Shown piece by piece: positions 30,676 through 40,379 of a stretch of DNA of 64,000 nucleotides. The DNA comes from Alphaproteobacteria bacterium (GTDB lineage Bacteria > Pseudomonadota > Alphaproteobacteria > JAAXGF01): positions 2,048,001 through 2,112,000 of the forward strand of contig CAUVXB020000001.1 of NCBI GenBank assembly GCA_963555825.3. Reading direction: 5' to 3'. The notes under the pieces were generated by a model. The model saw only the letters and a list, made by a program, of their open reading frames with translations. It was not told the DNA's origin and did not search any database. Each line of letters opens with the position of its first letter. The first letter of the stretch is position 1. A program made the position numbers and the translations under genes.

Positions 30676-31776
30676 TTACGCGACCTCGCTGACCTGGTGC
30701 TCGGCCGCCTCGAGCCAGGCCGGGTTGATCTCGACGCCCCAGCCGGGGCCGTCGGGGATGGCGACTTTGCCGTCGCGCGCTTCGAGCGCGGGCGTGAAAA
30801 GGCCGTCCTGCCAAGGATAGTAGTCGAGGCCCTCGATCGAGAACTCGACGTAGGGTCCGGCGTTGGCGATCGCGCCCATCATGTGCAGCGTGAAGACCGT
30901 GACCATCGAGAGATTGGCGCAATGCGGCGTGCAGGGCAGGCCCGCGTCTTGCGCCATTCTGGCGACGCGCAAGGCGCGGGTCAGGCCGCCGACATAGCAG
31001 ATGTCGGGCTGGACGACGTCGACAGCGCGCATCTCGATCATGCGGCGCCAGGTCGGCAGATCGCAGTCCTGCTCGCCGCCGGTGACGTCGAGCGCGAGCG
31101 CGCGGGTTACCTCGGCCGTCCAGTCGAGCTCCCAATAGGGACAGGGCTCCTCGAAATGGACGACGCCGTTGTCCTCGAGCATGCGGCCGAGCGTGATCGC
31201 CCGAGCCGGCGTGTAGCAGCTGTTGCCGTCGACCAGCAGCGTTGCGTCGTCGCCGAGTGCTGCGCGCACCGCCGGGACGATCGCCTCGGAGCGGCCGGGC
31301 CATTCGTCCTCGTCGCGGCCGACCTCCTTGCCGACGCGGAACTTGAAGGCGTCGTAGCCGTGCGCGTCGCGCAGCCGGGCGAAACGCGCGGCCTCGTCCT
31401 CGGGCGTGATGTCGCGGCGCATGCTCGAGGCATAGACCCGGAGCGGCCGCGGCGTGCCGCCCAAGAGTTCGCAGACGCTCTTGCCCTCGAGCCGGCCGCG
31501 CAGGTCCCACAGCGCGGTGTCGAGCCCGCCAATCGCGCGGCGCAGGTACGAGCCCGGAAACTTGTGCTCGCGCTCGGGGATCAGATCGACCAGCGCGTCG
31601 ATGTCGGCGGCGTCGGCGCCCAGCGCGTGGGGCGCGACCTGGCGGTGCATCACGGTCGCCGCGATGTCCGAGAAATAGGGCGAAATCTGGCCCCAGCCCT
31701 CGGCCCTGTCGTCCGTCGTGACGCGGACGAAGCTGACGTCCTCGGTGCTGAACGTCTCGATTCGGGCGATTTTCAT
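30676..31776 (-). CDS. mandelate racemase/muconate lactonizing enzyme family protein
   Basis: LDTALWDL.G, FKFRVG, VDGN, FEEP, GGEQ, QPD; ATGA overlap with the TauD gene. Confidence 0.92.
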   Translation of the reverse strand: MKIARIETFSTEDVSFVRVTTDDRAEGWGQISPYFSDIAATVMHRQVAPHALGADAADIDALVDLIPEREHKFPGSYLRRAIGGLDTALWDLRGRLEGKSVCELLGGTPRPLRVYASSMRRDITPEDEAARFARLRDAHGYDAFKFRVGKEVGRDEDEWPGRSEAIVPAVRAALGDDATLLVDGNSCYTPARAITLGRMLEDNGVVHFEEPCPYWELDWTAEVTRALALDVTGGEQDCDLPTWRRMIEMRAVDVVQPDICYVGGLTRALRVARMAQDAGLPCTPHCANLSMVTVFTLHMMGAIANAGPYVEFSIEGLDYYPWQDGLFTPALEARDGKVAIPDGPGWGVEINPAWLEAAEHQVSEVA

Positions 31777-32636
31777 GATGCGCCGAGCGGCACGCCCTCG
31801 ACCGTGATGCGGTGCATCAGACGGCGCTCGCCGCCGTAGTCGTTGGCGGCGTAGTGCCAGGTCGCCCGATTGTCCCAGAAGGCGATCGAGCCGGGCGCCC
31901 ATTGGAAGCGGCAGACGAACTCGGGCCGCACCGCGTGCTCGTAGAGATAGTCGAGCAGCGGCTTCGATTCCTCGTCGGTCCAGCCCTCGAAGCGCAGGGT
32001 GAAGCCGGGGTTGACGTATAGCGCCTTGCGCCCGGTGTCGGGATGGCGCAGCACGACCGGGTGGACGGCGTCCTGAGTGGCGAGCTCGGGATTGCCGGTA
32101 CGGCCTTCGATGTCGGCGTCGTCGTGATAGCTGTCCTCGCCGAAGACGTGGCAGCTCGAATGCTCCGCGCGCAAACCGGCAAGCATCGCCTTCATGCCGT
32201 CGGATAGCGCGTCATAGGCCGCGTACATGCCAGCGAACAGCGTGTCGCCGCCGAGCGGCGGCACCTCGAGCGCGTAGAGGATCGAGCCCAGCGCGGGCGC
32301 CGTGTCGTAGGAATGGTCGGTGTGCCAGCTGCCGCCGATGTTGGTCTCCTGGTGAGGCTCCTTGCGCACCTCGGCGATCATCGGATAGCCGTCGACCGAT
32401 TCGAAGAAGCGGTTGATGTTGATCGCGCCCCAGCGCTCGGCGAAGGCGATGTGCTGCTCGGGCGTGATGTCCTGGTCGCGGAAGAAGATGACGCCATAGC
32501 GGTGGAAGGCGTCGCGCACTTCGACAAACTGTTCGTCGCTCAGGCCCCGAGCGAGATCGACAGCGTGGATCTCGGCACCCAGCGCCGGCGCGGATTGCCG
32601 TACGTCGATGGTTTGGTATGACTGGGTCATCGTCAC
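31773..32636 (-). CDS. TauD/TfdA-family 2-oxoglutarate dioxygenase
   Basis: WHTDHSY, GGDTLF, HPVV..HP, WDNRATWH. Confidence 0.93.
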   Translation of the reverse strand: MTMTQSYQTIDVRQSAPALGAEIHAVDLARGLSDEQFVEVRDAFHRYGVIFFRDQDITPEQHIAFAERWGAININRFFESVDGYPMIAEVRKEPHQETNIGGSWHTDHSYDTAPALGSILYALEVPPLGGDTLFAGMYAAYDALSDGMKAMLAGLRAEHSSCHVFGEDSYHDDADIEGRTGNPELATQDAVHPVVLRHPDTGRKALYVNPGFTLRFEGWTDEESKPLLDYLYEHAVRPEFVCRFQWAPGSIAFWDNRATWHYAANDYGGERRLMHRITVEGVPLGAS

Positions 32637-32645
32637 ATCCTCCGA

Positions 32646-33725
32646 TTAGAACACGATTACGTTGCGCAGCGCTTCGCCCCGGTTGACCTCGGCGAAGGCC
32701 TCGTTGATCTCTTCGATCGGATAGCGGTGGGTGATCAGCTCGTCGAGCTTGAGCCGGCCCTGCTGGTACAGCTCGACCAGCTTGGGCACGTCGACGCGCA
32801 GCCGCGTCGAGCCCATCTTGCTGCCGACCACCCGATGCCCGCAGTCGGCCAAACTGAGCGCCTCGAAGGCCACCTTGGCGCCGACCGCGGGCATGCCGAC
32901 GATGACCATGGTGCCCGAGCGCCTGAGCAGCCCGACGCCCTGCTCCATCGCCTTGACGCTGCCGACGGTGACGAACACGTAATCGGCGCCGCGGCCGCCG
33001 GTGACGGCGCGCACCGCCGCGGCGGCGTCTTCGGCCGCCGGGTTGACGGTGTGGGTCGCGCCGAACGCCCTGGCGGCCTCGAGCTTGGCGTCGGAGAGAT
33101 CGAGCGCGACGATGGTATGCGCACCCGACAGCACGGCGCCCTGGACGCTGTTCAACCCGACGCCGCCGGTGCCGATGACCACGACGCTCGAGCCCGAGGG
33201 CACCTTGGCGGTGTTGACCACCGCGCCCAGCCCGGTGATGACGCCGCAGGCGAGCAGCGAGGCGCTGTCGAACGGCAGATCCTTGGGGATCGTCACCGCC
33301 TGCGACTGGTCGACGACGACATATTCGGCGAAGGCGCCGGTGCGCAGGCCCTGGACCAAGGCGCGGCCGTCGGGGAAGTGCAACCGCCCCGCCTGGTCGA
33401 TCGGAAAGCTGCCCTCGCACATCACCGGGTCGCCCTGGGCGCAGTAGAAGCAGCGCCCGCAGGAGCGGATCAGGGTGACGACGACATGGTCGCCGGTCTC
33501 GACCAGCGTGACGCCGGGGCCGACCGCCTCGACGATGCCCGTCGCCTCGTGGCCGTAGACCGCCGGCAACTCGCCGCCCCAGGCGCCCTCGGCGTAGTGG
33601 ATGTCTGAGTGACAGATCGCGCAGGCCGCCAGCTTGACCTTGATCTCGCCGGCTTGCGGCTCATCGATCGTGATATCCTCGACGACCAGCGGCTTGCCGA
33701 ATTCGTAGCAGACGGCTGCTTTCAC
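32646..33725 (-). CDS. zinc-dependent alcohol dehydrogenase
   Basis: CHSD, GHE, CGRCFYC...C, LACGVITG, GTGGVG. Confidence 0.93.
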   Translation of the reverse strand: MKAAVCYEFGKPLVVEDITIDEPQAGEIKVKLAACAICHSDIHYAEGAWGGELPAVYGHEATGIVEAVGPGVTLVETGDHVVVTLIRSCGRCFYCAQGDPVMCEGSFPIDQAGRLHFPDGRALVQGLRTGAFAEYVVVDQSQAVTIPKDLPFDSASLLACGVITGLGAVVNTAKVPSGSSVVVIGTGGVGLNSVQGAVLSGAHTIVALDLSDAKLEAARAFGATHTVNPAAEDAAAAVRAVTGGRGADYVFVTVGSVKAMEQGVGLLRRSGTMVIVGMPAVGAKVAFEALSLADCGHRVVGSKMGSTRLRVDVPKLVELYQQGRLKLDELITHRYPIEEINEAFAEVNRGEALRNVIVF

Positions 33726-33906
33726 GGCGGGTGGCTCCTCGTAGCGCGCAGTGCGTGACCGTTACGGCGGGATATCGCATTAACGACCGGCACGCAATCG
33801 CCCATTCCGAACGCGCCGAGAATCCACCGCCGTCATTCTGCCGGGATCAAACCGCCCTATTTCGTATACCATGGGCGAAACGACACACATCGGGGAGGAC
33901 GAGGCG

Positions 33907-34860
33907 ATGAGCGAGCAGTTCAATCAGCCGATCGGCGGCAACGAAATGCCGCGCTTCGGCGGGCCTGCGACGATGATGCGCCTGCCGGCGGTCGACAGCG
34001 CCGAGGGCCTCGACGCCTGCTTCGTCGGCGTGCCCTTCGACATCGGCACCTCGAACCGCGCCGGAGCGCGCCATGGGCCGCGCCAGATTCGCGCCGAATC
34101 GACGCTTATGCGACCCTACAACATGGCCACGCGGGCGGCGCCGTTCGACAGCCTGCAGGTCGCCGACCTCGGCGACGTCGCGATCAACCCCTTCAATCTC
34201 GCCAAGAGCGTGCAGATCATCGAGGACGCCTACGACGCGATCGCGGCGACCGGCGCCAAGCCGCTCTCGATGGGCGGCGACCACACCATCGTGCTGCCGA
34301 TCCTGCGCGCGCTGGCCAAGGTTCACGGGCCGGTCGGCATCGTCCACATCGACGCCCACGCCGACGTCAACGACCACATGTTCGGCGAGCCGGTCGCCCA
34401 CGGCACGCCGTTCCGCCGCATCGTCGAGGAGGGCCTGTGCGACCCCAAGCGCGTCGTCCAGATCGGCCTGCGCGCGACCGGCTACACGGCCGAGGACTTC
34501 GACTGGTCGCGCGACCAGGGCATCCGCGTCGTGCAGGCCGAGGAATGCTGGTACCACTCGCTGACGCCCCTGATGGCCGAGGTGCGCGAGCAGGTCGGCG
34601 GCGGCCCGGTCTATATCTCGTTCGACATCGACGGCCTCGACCCGGCCTACGCGCCGGGCACCGGCACGCCCGAGGTCGGCGGCCTGACCTCGATGCAGGG
34701 GCTCGAGATAATCCGCGGCTGCCGCGGCCTCGACGTCGTCGGCGGCGACCTGGTCGAGATCGCGCCGCCCTACGACCTATCGGGCAACACTGCCATGCTC
34801 GGCAGCAACTTGCTTTACGAGATGCTCTGCGTCCTGCCCGGGGTGGTCTACCGGAACTGA
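33907..34860 (+). CDS. gbuA: guanidinobutyrase/agmatinase (ureohydrolase)
   Basis: QPIGGNEMPRFGG N-terminus as in Pseudomonas GbuA, GGDH, DAHAD, SFDIDGLDP. Confidence 0.8.
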   Translation: MSEQFNQPIGGNEMPRFGGPATMMRLPAVDSAEGLDACFVGVPFDIGTSNRAGARHGPRQIRAESTLMRPYNMATRAAPFDSLQVADLGDVAINPFNLAKSVQIIEDAYDAIAATGAKPLSMGGDHTIVLPILRALAKVHGPVGIVHIDAHADVNDHMFGEPVAHGTPFRRIVEEGLCDPKRVVQIGLRATGYTAEDFDWSRDQGIRVVQAEECWYHSLTPLMAEVREQVGGGPVYISFDIDGLDPAYAPGTGTPEVGGLTSMQGLEIIRGCRGLDVVGGDLVEIAPPYDLSGNTAMLGSNLLYEMLCVLPGVVYRN

Positions 34861-34873
34861 GAAGGCAGTCCAC

Positions 34874-35704
34874 ATGGCCACCACACATACCCAATTCTCC
34901 GGCTCGATTCCCGAGATCTACGACACCCATCTGGGGCCGCTGTTCTTCGAGTTCTACGCGGCGGACCTAGCGCGGCGGCTCGACCTGCCGGCCAGCGGGC
35001 GCGTGCTCGAGACCGCCTGCGGCACCGGCATCTCGACCGAGCACCTGCGCGGCACTCTGCGCGATGGCGTGGAGATCGTCGCCACCGACCTCAACCAGGC
35101 GATGCTCGACTTCGCCAGCGCCAAACGCGGCGACCTGGCGAACGTCAGCTTCCGCCAGGTCGACGCCCTCGAACTGCCTTTCGAGGACGCCAGCTTCGAC
35201 GCCGTGACCTGCCAGTTCGGCTTGATGTTCTTTCCCGACAAGGCGGCCCGCATGGCCGAGGCGATGCGGGTGCTGAAGCCGGGCGGCATGCTCGCTTTCA
35301 ACGTCTGGGATTCGCTGGATGAAAACCCCATCGCGCGGGTTGCCCACGAGACCATTGGGACGTTCTTCAGCGAGGATCCGCCGAGCTTCCTGCTGCTCCC
35401 CTTCAGCTATCACCAGCGCGATACCATCGCGGCGCTGGTCTCCGAGGCCGGGTTCGATGCGGTTGCTATCGAGACGGTCGATACGGTGGTCGAGCGCCCG
35501 TCGGCGCGGGACCTGGCGACCGGCTTCGTCGAGGGCAATCCGGGCATTCACGAGATCAACGAGCGGGCCACGGCGGGGCCCGAAACAATCGCCGACGCGG
35601 TCGCCGAGGCCTTCCGCGGTGCCTTCGGCGACGCGCCGCTGCGCGCGTCGCTCCGGGCCATCGTGGCGACCGCGCGCCGGCCCGGCGTGGCCTACCGGGA
35701 CTGA
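34874..35704 (+). CDS. class I SAM-dependent methyltransferase
   Basis: FSGSIPEIYD, VLETACGTG, CQFGLMFFPD, RVLKPGG. Confidence 0.9.
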   Translation: MATTHTQFSGSIPEIYDTHLGPLFFEFYAADLARRLDLPASGRVLETACGTGISTEHLRGTLRDGVEIVATDLNQAMLDFASAKRGDLANVSFRQVDALELPFEDASFDAVTCQFGLMFFPDKAARMAEAMRVLKPGGMLAFNVWDSLDENPIARVAHETIGTFFSEDPPSFLLLPFSYHQRDTIAALVSEAGFDAVAIETVDTVVERPSARDLATGFVEGNPGIHEINERATAGPETIADAVAEAFRGAFGDAPLRASLRAIVATARRPGVAYRD

Positions 35705-35715
35705 GGACCGACGCC

Positions 35716-36564
35716 TTGCCGCGTCCGCGCCGGGCCGTCGGACTGGTCGTGCTCGTGCTATGGGCGGGCACGGCGCTGGCCGAGCCGGCGCTGATCGCCG
35801 AATCCGATCGGTCCTTCTTGGAGCCGCACGACCTGGTCGTCTCGGCCGACGGCAAGCACCTCTACGTCGCCGACGTCGGCAATGACGTCATCAAAGTGCT
35901 CGATCCCAAGACACTCGAGACGATCGGCACGCTTGGCGCCGGCGAGCTGAGCGCGCCGCACGACGTCGCGCTCGACGCCGACGGCACGCTGATCGTCGCC
36001 GACAGCGGCAACGACCGGATCGTCGCACTGTCACCCGATGGCGGCGATGTCGTCCAGCTCGCCGGCTGGCGCGACGGCCTGGGCAGCCCCGAGGGCGCCG
36101 CCACCGCGGCCAACGGCTGGATCTATCTGGCCAACGCGTCGCAGCACACAGTGATGCTGCTGTGGGCCGGCACGGTCATCGACCGGGCCGGTGGCTTCGG
36201 CGATGGCCCCAACCAGTACATCCGGCCGCACGACGTCGAGGTCGGCCCCGGCGGCCGGGTCTACGTCGCCGATCCCGGTAACCATCGCATCCAGGTGCTG
36301 AGCCGCGAGCTCAGCCCGCTCGAAACGATCGGCGGCGACCCGTATGATTTCAACGAACCCAAGTACATCGCGCTGGACACGCGCGGTTGGCTCTATGTCG
36401 CCGACGAGTACAACGACCGTATCGTCGTCATGGACGAGCAGCGCCGCATCGTCGAGACCTTCGGCGCCGGCATGCTCGACCGGCCCGAGGGCATCGAGGT
36501 CATCGGCAATTTCATCTGGGTCTCGGACACCCACAACAACCGGATACTTCTGTTTCGGCGGTAA
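35716..36564 (+). CDS. secreted NHL-repeat beta-propeller protein
   Basis: Signal peptide; repeated PHDV...YVAD.GN.RI units. Confidence 0.85.
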   Translation: MPRPRRAVGLVVLVLWAGTALAEPALIAESDRSFLEPHDLVVSADGKHLYVADVGNDVIKVLDPKTLETIGTLGAGELSAPHDVALDADGTLIVADSGNDRIVALSPDGGDVVQLAGWRDGLGSPEGAATAANGWIYLANASQHTVMLLWAGTVIDRAGGFGDGPNQYIRPHDVEVGPGGRVYVADPGNHRIQVLSRELSPLETIGGDPYDFNEPKYIALDTRGWLYVADEYNDRIVVMDEQRRIVETFGAGMLDRPEGIEVIGNFIWVSDTHNNRILLFRR

Positions 36565-36596
36565 TCGACGGTCACGGCACGCTGGGAGGCACGAAA

Positions 36597-37364
36597 ATGT
36601 TCACATCGATCGCGGGTAAATCGGTCGTCGTCACGGGCGGCAGCAAGGGTATTGGCAAGGGCATCGCGCGCGTCTTCGCGGCCGAGGGCGCCATGGTGCT
36701 GCTGACCGGGCGCGACGCGGCGACCGGCGCGACAGCGGTCGAGGCGATCACCGGCGCCGGCGGCGTGGCGACCTTTCTCGAGGGCGACGTCGTCTCGTGG
36801 GACGACATGCGGGCGATGGCCGCCGCCGCGCTCGAGCGACACGGCGGCATCGATATCCTATGCGCCAACGCCGGCATCTTCCCGAGCGCCAACCTGGTCG
36901 ACATGGCGCCCGAGGATTGGGACGAGACGCTCGGCGTCAACCTCAAGGGCAGCTTCCTCGCGGTCAAGGCCTGCTTGCCGCACATGATCGAGCAATCCAG
37001 CGGACGCATCGTCCTGACCTCGTCGATCACCGGGCCGATCACCGGCATGCCCGGCTGGTCGCACTACGGCGCCAGCAAGGCCGGCCAGCTCGGCATGATG
37101 CGCGCCGCCGCGCTCGAGCTCGCGCCGCACGGCATCACGATCAACGCGGTCATGCCCGGCAACATCATGACCGAGGGCATGGCCGAGGCCGGCGAGGACT
37201 ACATCCGCCGCATGGCCGAGACGGTGCCCATGAAGCAGCTCGGCACCGTCGAGGACATCGCCTACGCGGCGCTCTACTTCGCCTCCGACGAGGCCGGCTA
37301 CGTCACCGGCCAGACCATCGTCGTCGACGGCGGCCAAGTACTGCCCGAAGCGCTGACCGATTGA
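36597..37364 (+). CDS. SDR family oxidoreductase
   Basis: TGGSKGIG, NAG, YGASK; ATG at 36597 after GGAGG. Confidence 0.9.
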   Translation: MFTSIAGKSVVVTGGSKGIGKGIARVFAAEGAMVLLTGRDAATGATAVEAITGAGGVATFLEGDVVSWDDMRAMAAAALERHGGIDILCANAGIFPSANLVDMAPEDWDETLGVNLKGSFLAVKACLPHMIEQSSGRIVLTSSITGPITGMPGWSHYGASKAGQLGMMRAAALELAPHGITINAVMPGNIMTEGMAEAGEDYIRRMAETVPMKQLGTVEDIAYAALYFASDEAGYVTGQTIVVDGGQVLPEALTD

Positions 37365-37414
37365 CCGCGCGGCCGAACAATGTACCAAACTATTCAAGAA
37401 CAACCATTTATCAC

Positions 37415-37490
37415 GGTGTCAGACACCATAAATTTACGATATTCGTTAAAACAACAACTTAGTAGGGTGTCAGACACCTTAGTTGTTGTC
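37415..37490. repeat. AT-rich patch with two GGTGTCAGACACC palindromes
   Basis: Copies at 37415-37427 and 37466-37478; the second is nested in an ACAACAACT/AGTTGTTGT inverted repeat. Confidence 0.7.
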
Positions 37491-37600
37491 ACCTTAGTTG
37501 CTCTATCGTTTTGGCATTCGTCGTGTTTGCGCGTGCCATCTCGGCTTGGGCGTCCTCACCGGGGACTTTCGGCGACCGCGTCCGTGAACGCCAGCCCGGT

Positions 37601-38194
37601 CTACAGCGCCGCGGCGTCGGCCAGCACGGTGGCGAAGCGGTCGGCGAGCGCGGCGAGTTCGGCGCGCTGGAGCTGATTGGCGGCGATCACGCCACCCGCG
37701 CCGTCGGGCAGGTCGCGGGTCGCGCAGGCGCCGGCCACCACCGAGCAGCGGTAGCCGAGGTCGAGCGCCGCGCGCACCGTCGAGCTGACACACATATGGG
37801 TCATGAAGCCGGCGACCACGAGATGCTTGCGGCCGGCCGCGGCCAGCGCGTCGTCGAGGCCGGTCGCGGCGAAGGCGTTGGGCAAAGCCTTCTCGACGAC
37901 CGCCTCGCCGGCCTCGGGCGCGACCGCGTCGACGATCGCGAAGCTCGGCCCCTCGGGGTCGAACAGGCCGCCCGGCCGGCCGCGATGCTGGACGTGGAAC
38001 ACCGGGATGCCGCGCGAACGCGCCGCCGCGACGAGCCGCGCGCCCTCGGCCAGCGCCGCCTCGACGCCGACGAGCGGCAGGTGGCCATCGAGGTATTCGC
38101 GCTGGCAATCGATCATCACCACCGCGGCGTCGGCCGGGTCGACCGACGCGGGCGCCGCGCCGGCCATCTCGAGCAGGGTCTTGGGTTGGGTCAT
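37601..38194 (-). CDS. isochorismatase-family cysteine hydrolase
   Basis: IDCQREY, K..PNAF, GFMTHMCVSST. Confidence 0.9.
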   Translation of the reverse strand: MTQPKTLLEMAGAAPASVDPADAAVVMIDCQREYLDGHLPLVGVEAALAEGARLVAAARSRGIPVFHVQHRGRPGGLFDPEGPSFAIVDAVAPEAGEAVVEKALPNAFAATGLDDALAAAGRKHLVVAGFMTHMCVSSTVRAALDLGYRCSVVAGACATRDLPDGAGGVIAANQLQRAELAALADRFATVLADAAAL

Positions 38195-38285
38195 GGCATC
38201 ATTCTCTCTGCGCGATGTCGTGTGGGCGCGATCTTACGGGCTGGGAGTTGGGGCGCAAGTCGGCCTGACGCGGGCCGAAGCTCAA

Positions 38286-38340
38286 TAAACGTAAGCAGTA
38301 TACCTTATCTCAGTAATTAAATGTATACTGCTTACGTTTA
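38286..38340. repeat. AT-rich perfect 18-bp inverted repeat
   Basis: TAAACGTAAGCAGTATAC-19nt-GTATACTGCTTACGTTTA. Confidence 0.85.
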
Positions 38341-38358
38341 AATTTGCGGCGCTCGCGC

Positions 38359-38420
38359 TCGACGCCGCCTAGGCGGCGTTGGCGGCGGGGAAGGGATATC
38401 CCTTCCCCACACCCCTACCC
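38359..38420 (-). repeat. 62-bp double-hairpin palindromic repeat, copy 2
   Basis: 54/62 identical to 5574-5635 in inverted orientation. Confidence 0.8.
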
Positions 38421-38443
38421 ACTCGAGCCGAGACAAGGTTCTA

Positions 38444-40024
38444 TCAGGCCCGCTCGGGCACCCACCACTCCTCGCCGCGCACCGTCGTCACGTACTCCGG
38501 CCAGCGGTAGTGGATCGGCGCCTCGAAGTCGCTCGGGAGAAGCGGCGCGACCCACTTCGAGCCGCCGATGCCGCCGCCGGTGCGCGCGTCGAACTCGGCC
38601 TTGGCGCGATCGATCCCGGCGGAGTCGGTCAGCAGATCCACGATGGTCGCGCCGATGCAGCGCGCCGCGGCGAACACCATAGGGTCGATCGCCGGCGCAT
38701 AGCCGCCGAGCGCGTTCCATACCCAGGCCGGGTATTGGTAGCCGGGCTCGGGCAGCTGCAGCCGCGGCCGGCCGATGAACAGGCGCACGGTCGGCGCGTG
38801 CCAGGTGTAATCGACGTAGTCGTCCGACGTGTAGTTGAGCTGCCACGGTGGCAGCGCCGAACGCACCGCCGCCTCGGCGTCTTGCGGGGTCGTAAGTTCC
38901 ATCATGCCCTGGATGAACGGCGCCGCCATCGGCTCGAGCCCCAGGTTCGTCTGAATCTCGCGGGCGAAGGCCACGGCCTCGTCGCCGAATACCGGCGCGC
39001 CGGTCGCCTCCAGGTTGCGGTAGGTGATCTCGGCCATGGCATGGTTGGCGAGGCCCACGCGGGTCTTGGTGACCCAGTCACTGGTAACTTCGCAGTGGGT
39101 GATCCGGGCGACATGCTCGGCGTTGTGGTCGAGCACTTGTGTAATGCGCTCGGCCATCGCCAGCGTCGGGCAGCGCCAGGCGTACTGGATCTGGCTGAAG
39201 CGCGGCGGCAGATTGTCCGAGGTCGCCTGGCCGGCGGCGAGGATCGCCTCGTTGAGCGTCCACGTGCCGGTGTGCGGCAGCATCGCCTCCTTGGTGTATT
39301 TCGTCGTCGTGTACATCAGGCAGACCGCGTCGATCGCGCCCGGCGCGCGCGCCTGGGTGTGCGAACTGCCCGGCTCGCCGCCCGCGCCCATGCCGGCCCA
39401 GGTCTCGGGCTCGACGCATTCGAAGGTATAGACCTTGCTCCAATAACAGCCGCAGTGGGTCTCCCAGACGCAGGTGTTGGCGAGGTCCGACAGATAGGCC
39501 GGGTGGAAGCTGATCGCGGCGTCGATGTCGTCGAAGTAGCCGCGCGCGGCGTGCACCGGCTTGGAGCCGCAGACCTTCTCGGCCGGCTCGCCGAAGAACT
39601 TGAGACGCCCCTCGATGCCGTGCTCTTCGATCGCCGCCTTGGCCGCCAGCACGCCGCCCAGCGCGCCGATGCCGAGCCCCGAATGCGGGTCGGTATGGCC
39701 GGCGGCCCAGCGGTGCACACCCTCGCGCGGCGCCGCATACGGCGTCTGCTGCTGCGAGTTGCCCGGCACCGCGTCGTATTCGGCGTAAGACGCGATGACC
39801 GGGCCCTTTTCGCCCCAGGTCGCGCAGAACGCGGTCGGCATGGTCGCCGAGCCGGCCTCGACTTCGAAGCCCTCGGCGCGCAGCCGCTCGACATACCAGG
39901 CGGCCGATTTGTACTCGCGCCAGGCGGGCTCGGCGAAATGCCAGATCGTCTGATGCCAGTCGGACAGATTTCGCTCGTTGGCGGCGACCCAGTCGATCGC
40001 GGTTTGCTTTGCCGGCGTCATCAT
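38444..40024 (-). CDS. M20-family amidohydrolase (AbgB-like)
   Basis: MPTAF, AEYDAVPG, GEPAEK, SFHP motifs. Confidence 0.8.
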   Translation of the reverse strand: MMTPAKQTAIDWVAANERNLSDWHQTIWHFAEPAWREYKSAAWYVERLRAEGFEVEAGSATMPTAFCATWGEKGPVIASYAEYDAVPGNSQQQTPYAAPREGVHRWAAGHTDPHSGLGIGALGGVLAAKAAIEEHGIEGRLKFFGEPAEKVCGSKPVHAARGYFDDIDAAISFHPAYLSDLANTCVWETHCGCYWSKVYTFECVEPETWAGMGAGGEPGSSHTQARAPGAIDAVCLMYTTTKYTKEAMLPHTGTWTLNEAILAAGQATSDNLPPRFSQIQYAWRCPTLAMAERITQVLDHNAEHVARITHCEVTSDWVTKTRVGLANHAMAEITYRNLEATGAPVFGDEAVAFAREIQTNLGLEPMAAPFIQGMMELTTPQDAEAAVRSALPPWQLNYTSDDYVDYTWHAPTVRLFIGRPRLQLPEPGYQYPAWVWNALGGYAPAIDPMVFAAARCIGATIVDLLTDSAGIDRAKAEFDARTGGGIGGSKWVAPLLPSDFEAPIHYRWPEYVTTVRGEEWWVPERA

Positions 40025-40056
40025 GCAACCCTCCCTTCGCGTTGACCGCCCCGGCT

Positions 40057-40331
40057 TAGCCCGGCCATCTCACCATGGACAGGCGCGTCATCGCGTCGGG
40101 CGGTCGCCGATCCGCCAGAAGAAGGCCGCGGAGCGTAGCCTGGGCTACGCGCAAGGCCTTCGACGCCGCGCACGCCCCGCCCGGCGCGACCCTTAAGGAC
40201 GGCGGAAATCGGACGACAGGCCGCGTCAAAGCGCTTGCCCGATGCGACAGCATCGTGGCCCGCGCGCTTTTCCTAGCCTGTCGTCCGATTTCCGCCGTGC
40301 CGTACCTGTCCATGGTGAGAAGTCCGGGTTA
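40057..40331. mobile_element. MITE (~275 bp) with TA ends
   Basis: 27-bp terminal IRs TAGCCCGGCCATCTCACCATGGACAGG / TAACCCGGACTTCTCACCATGGACAGG (3 mismatches); internal long stem GGCGGAAATCGGACGACAGG/CCTGTCGTCCGATTTCCGCC. Confidence 0.82.
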
Positions 40332-40379
40332 GGGGCGCTACATCCTAGCCGATCAACCACCGTGCAGCGAGGGCCAGGG

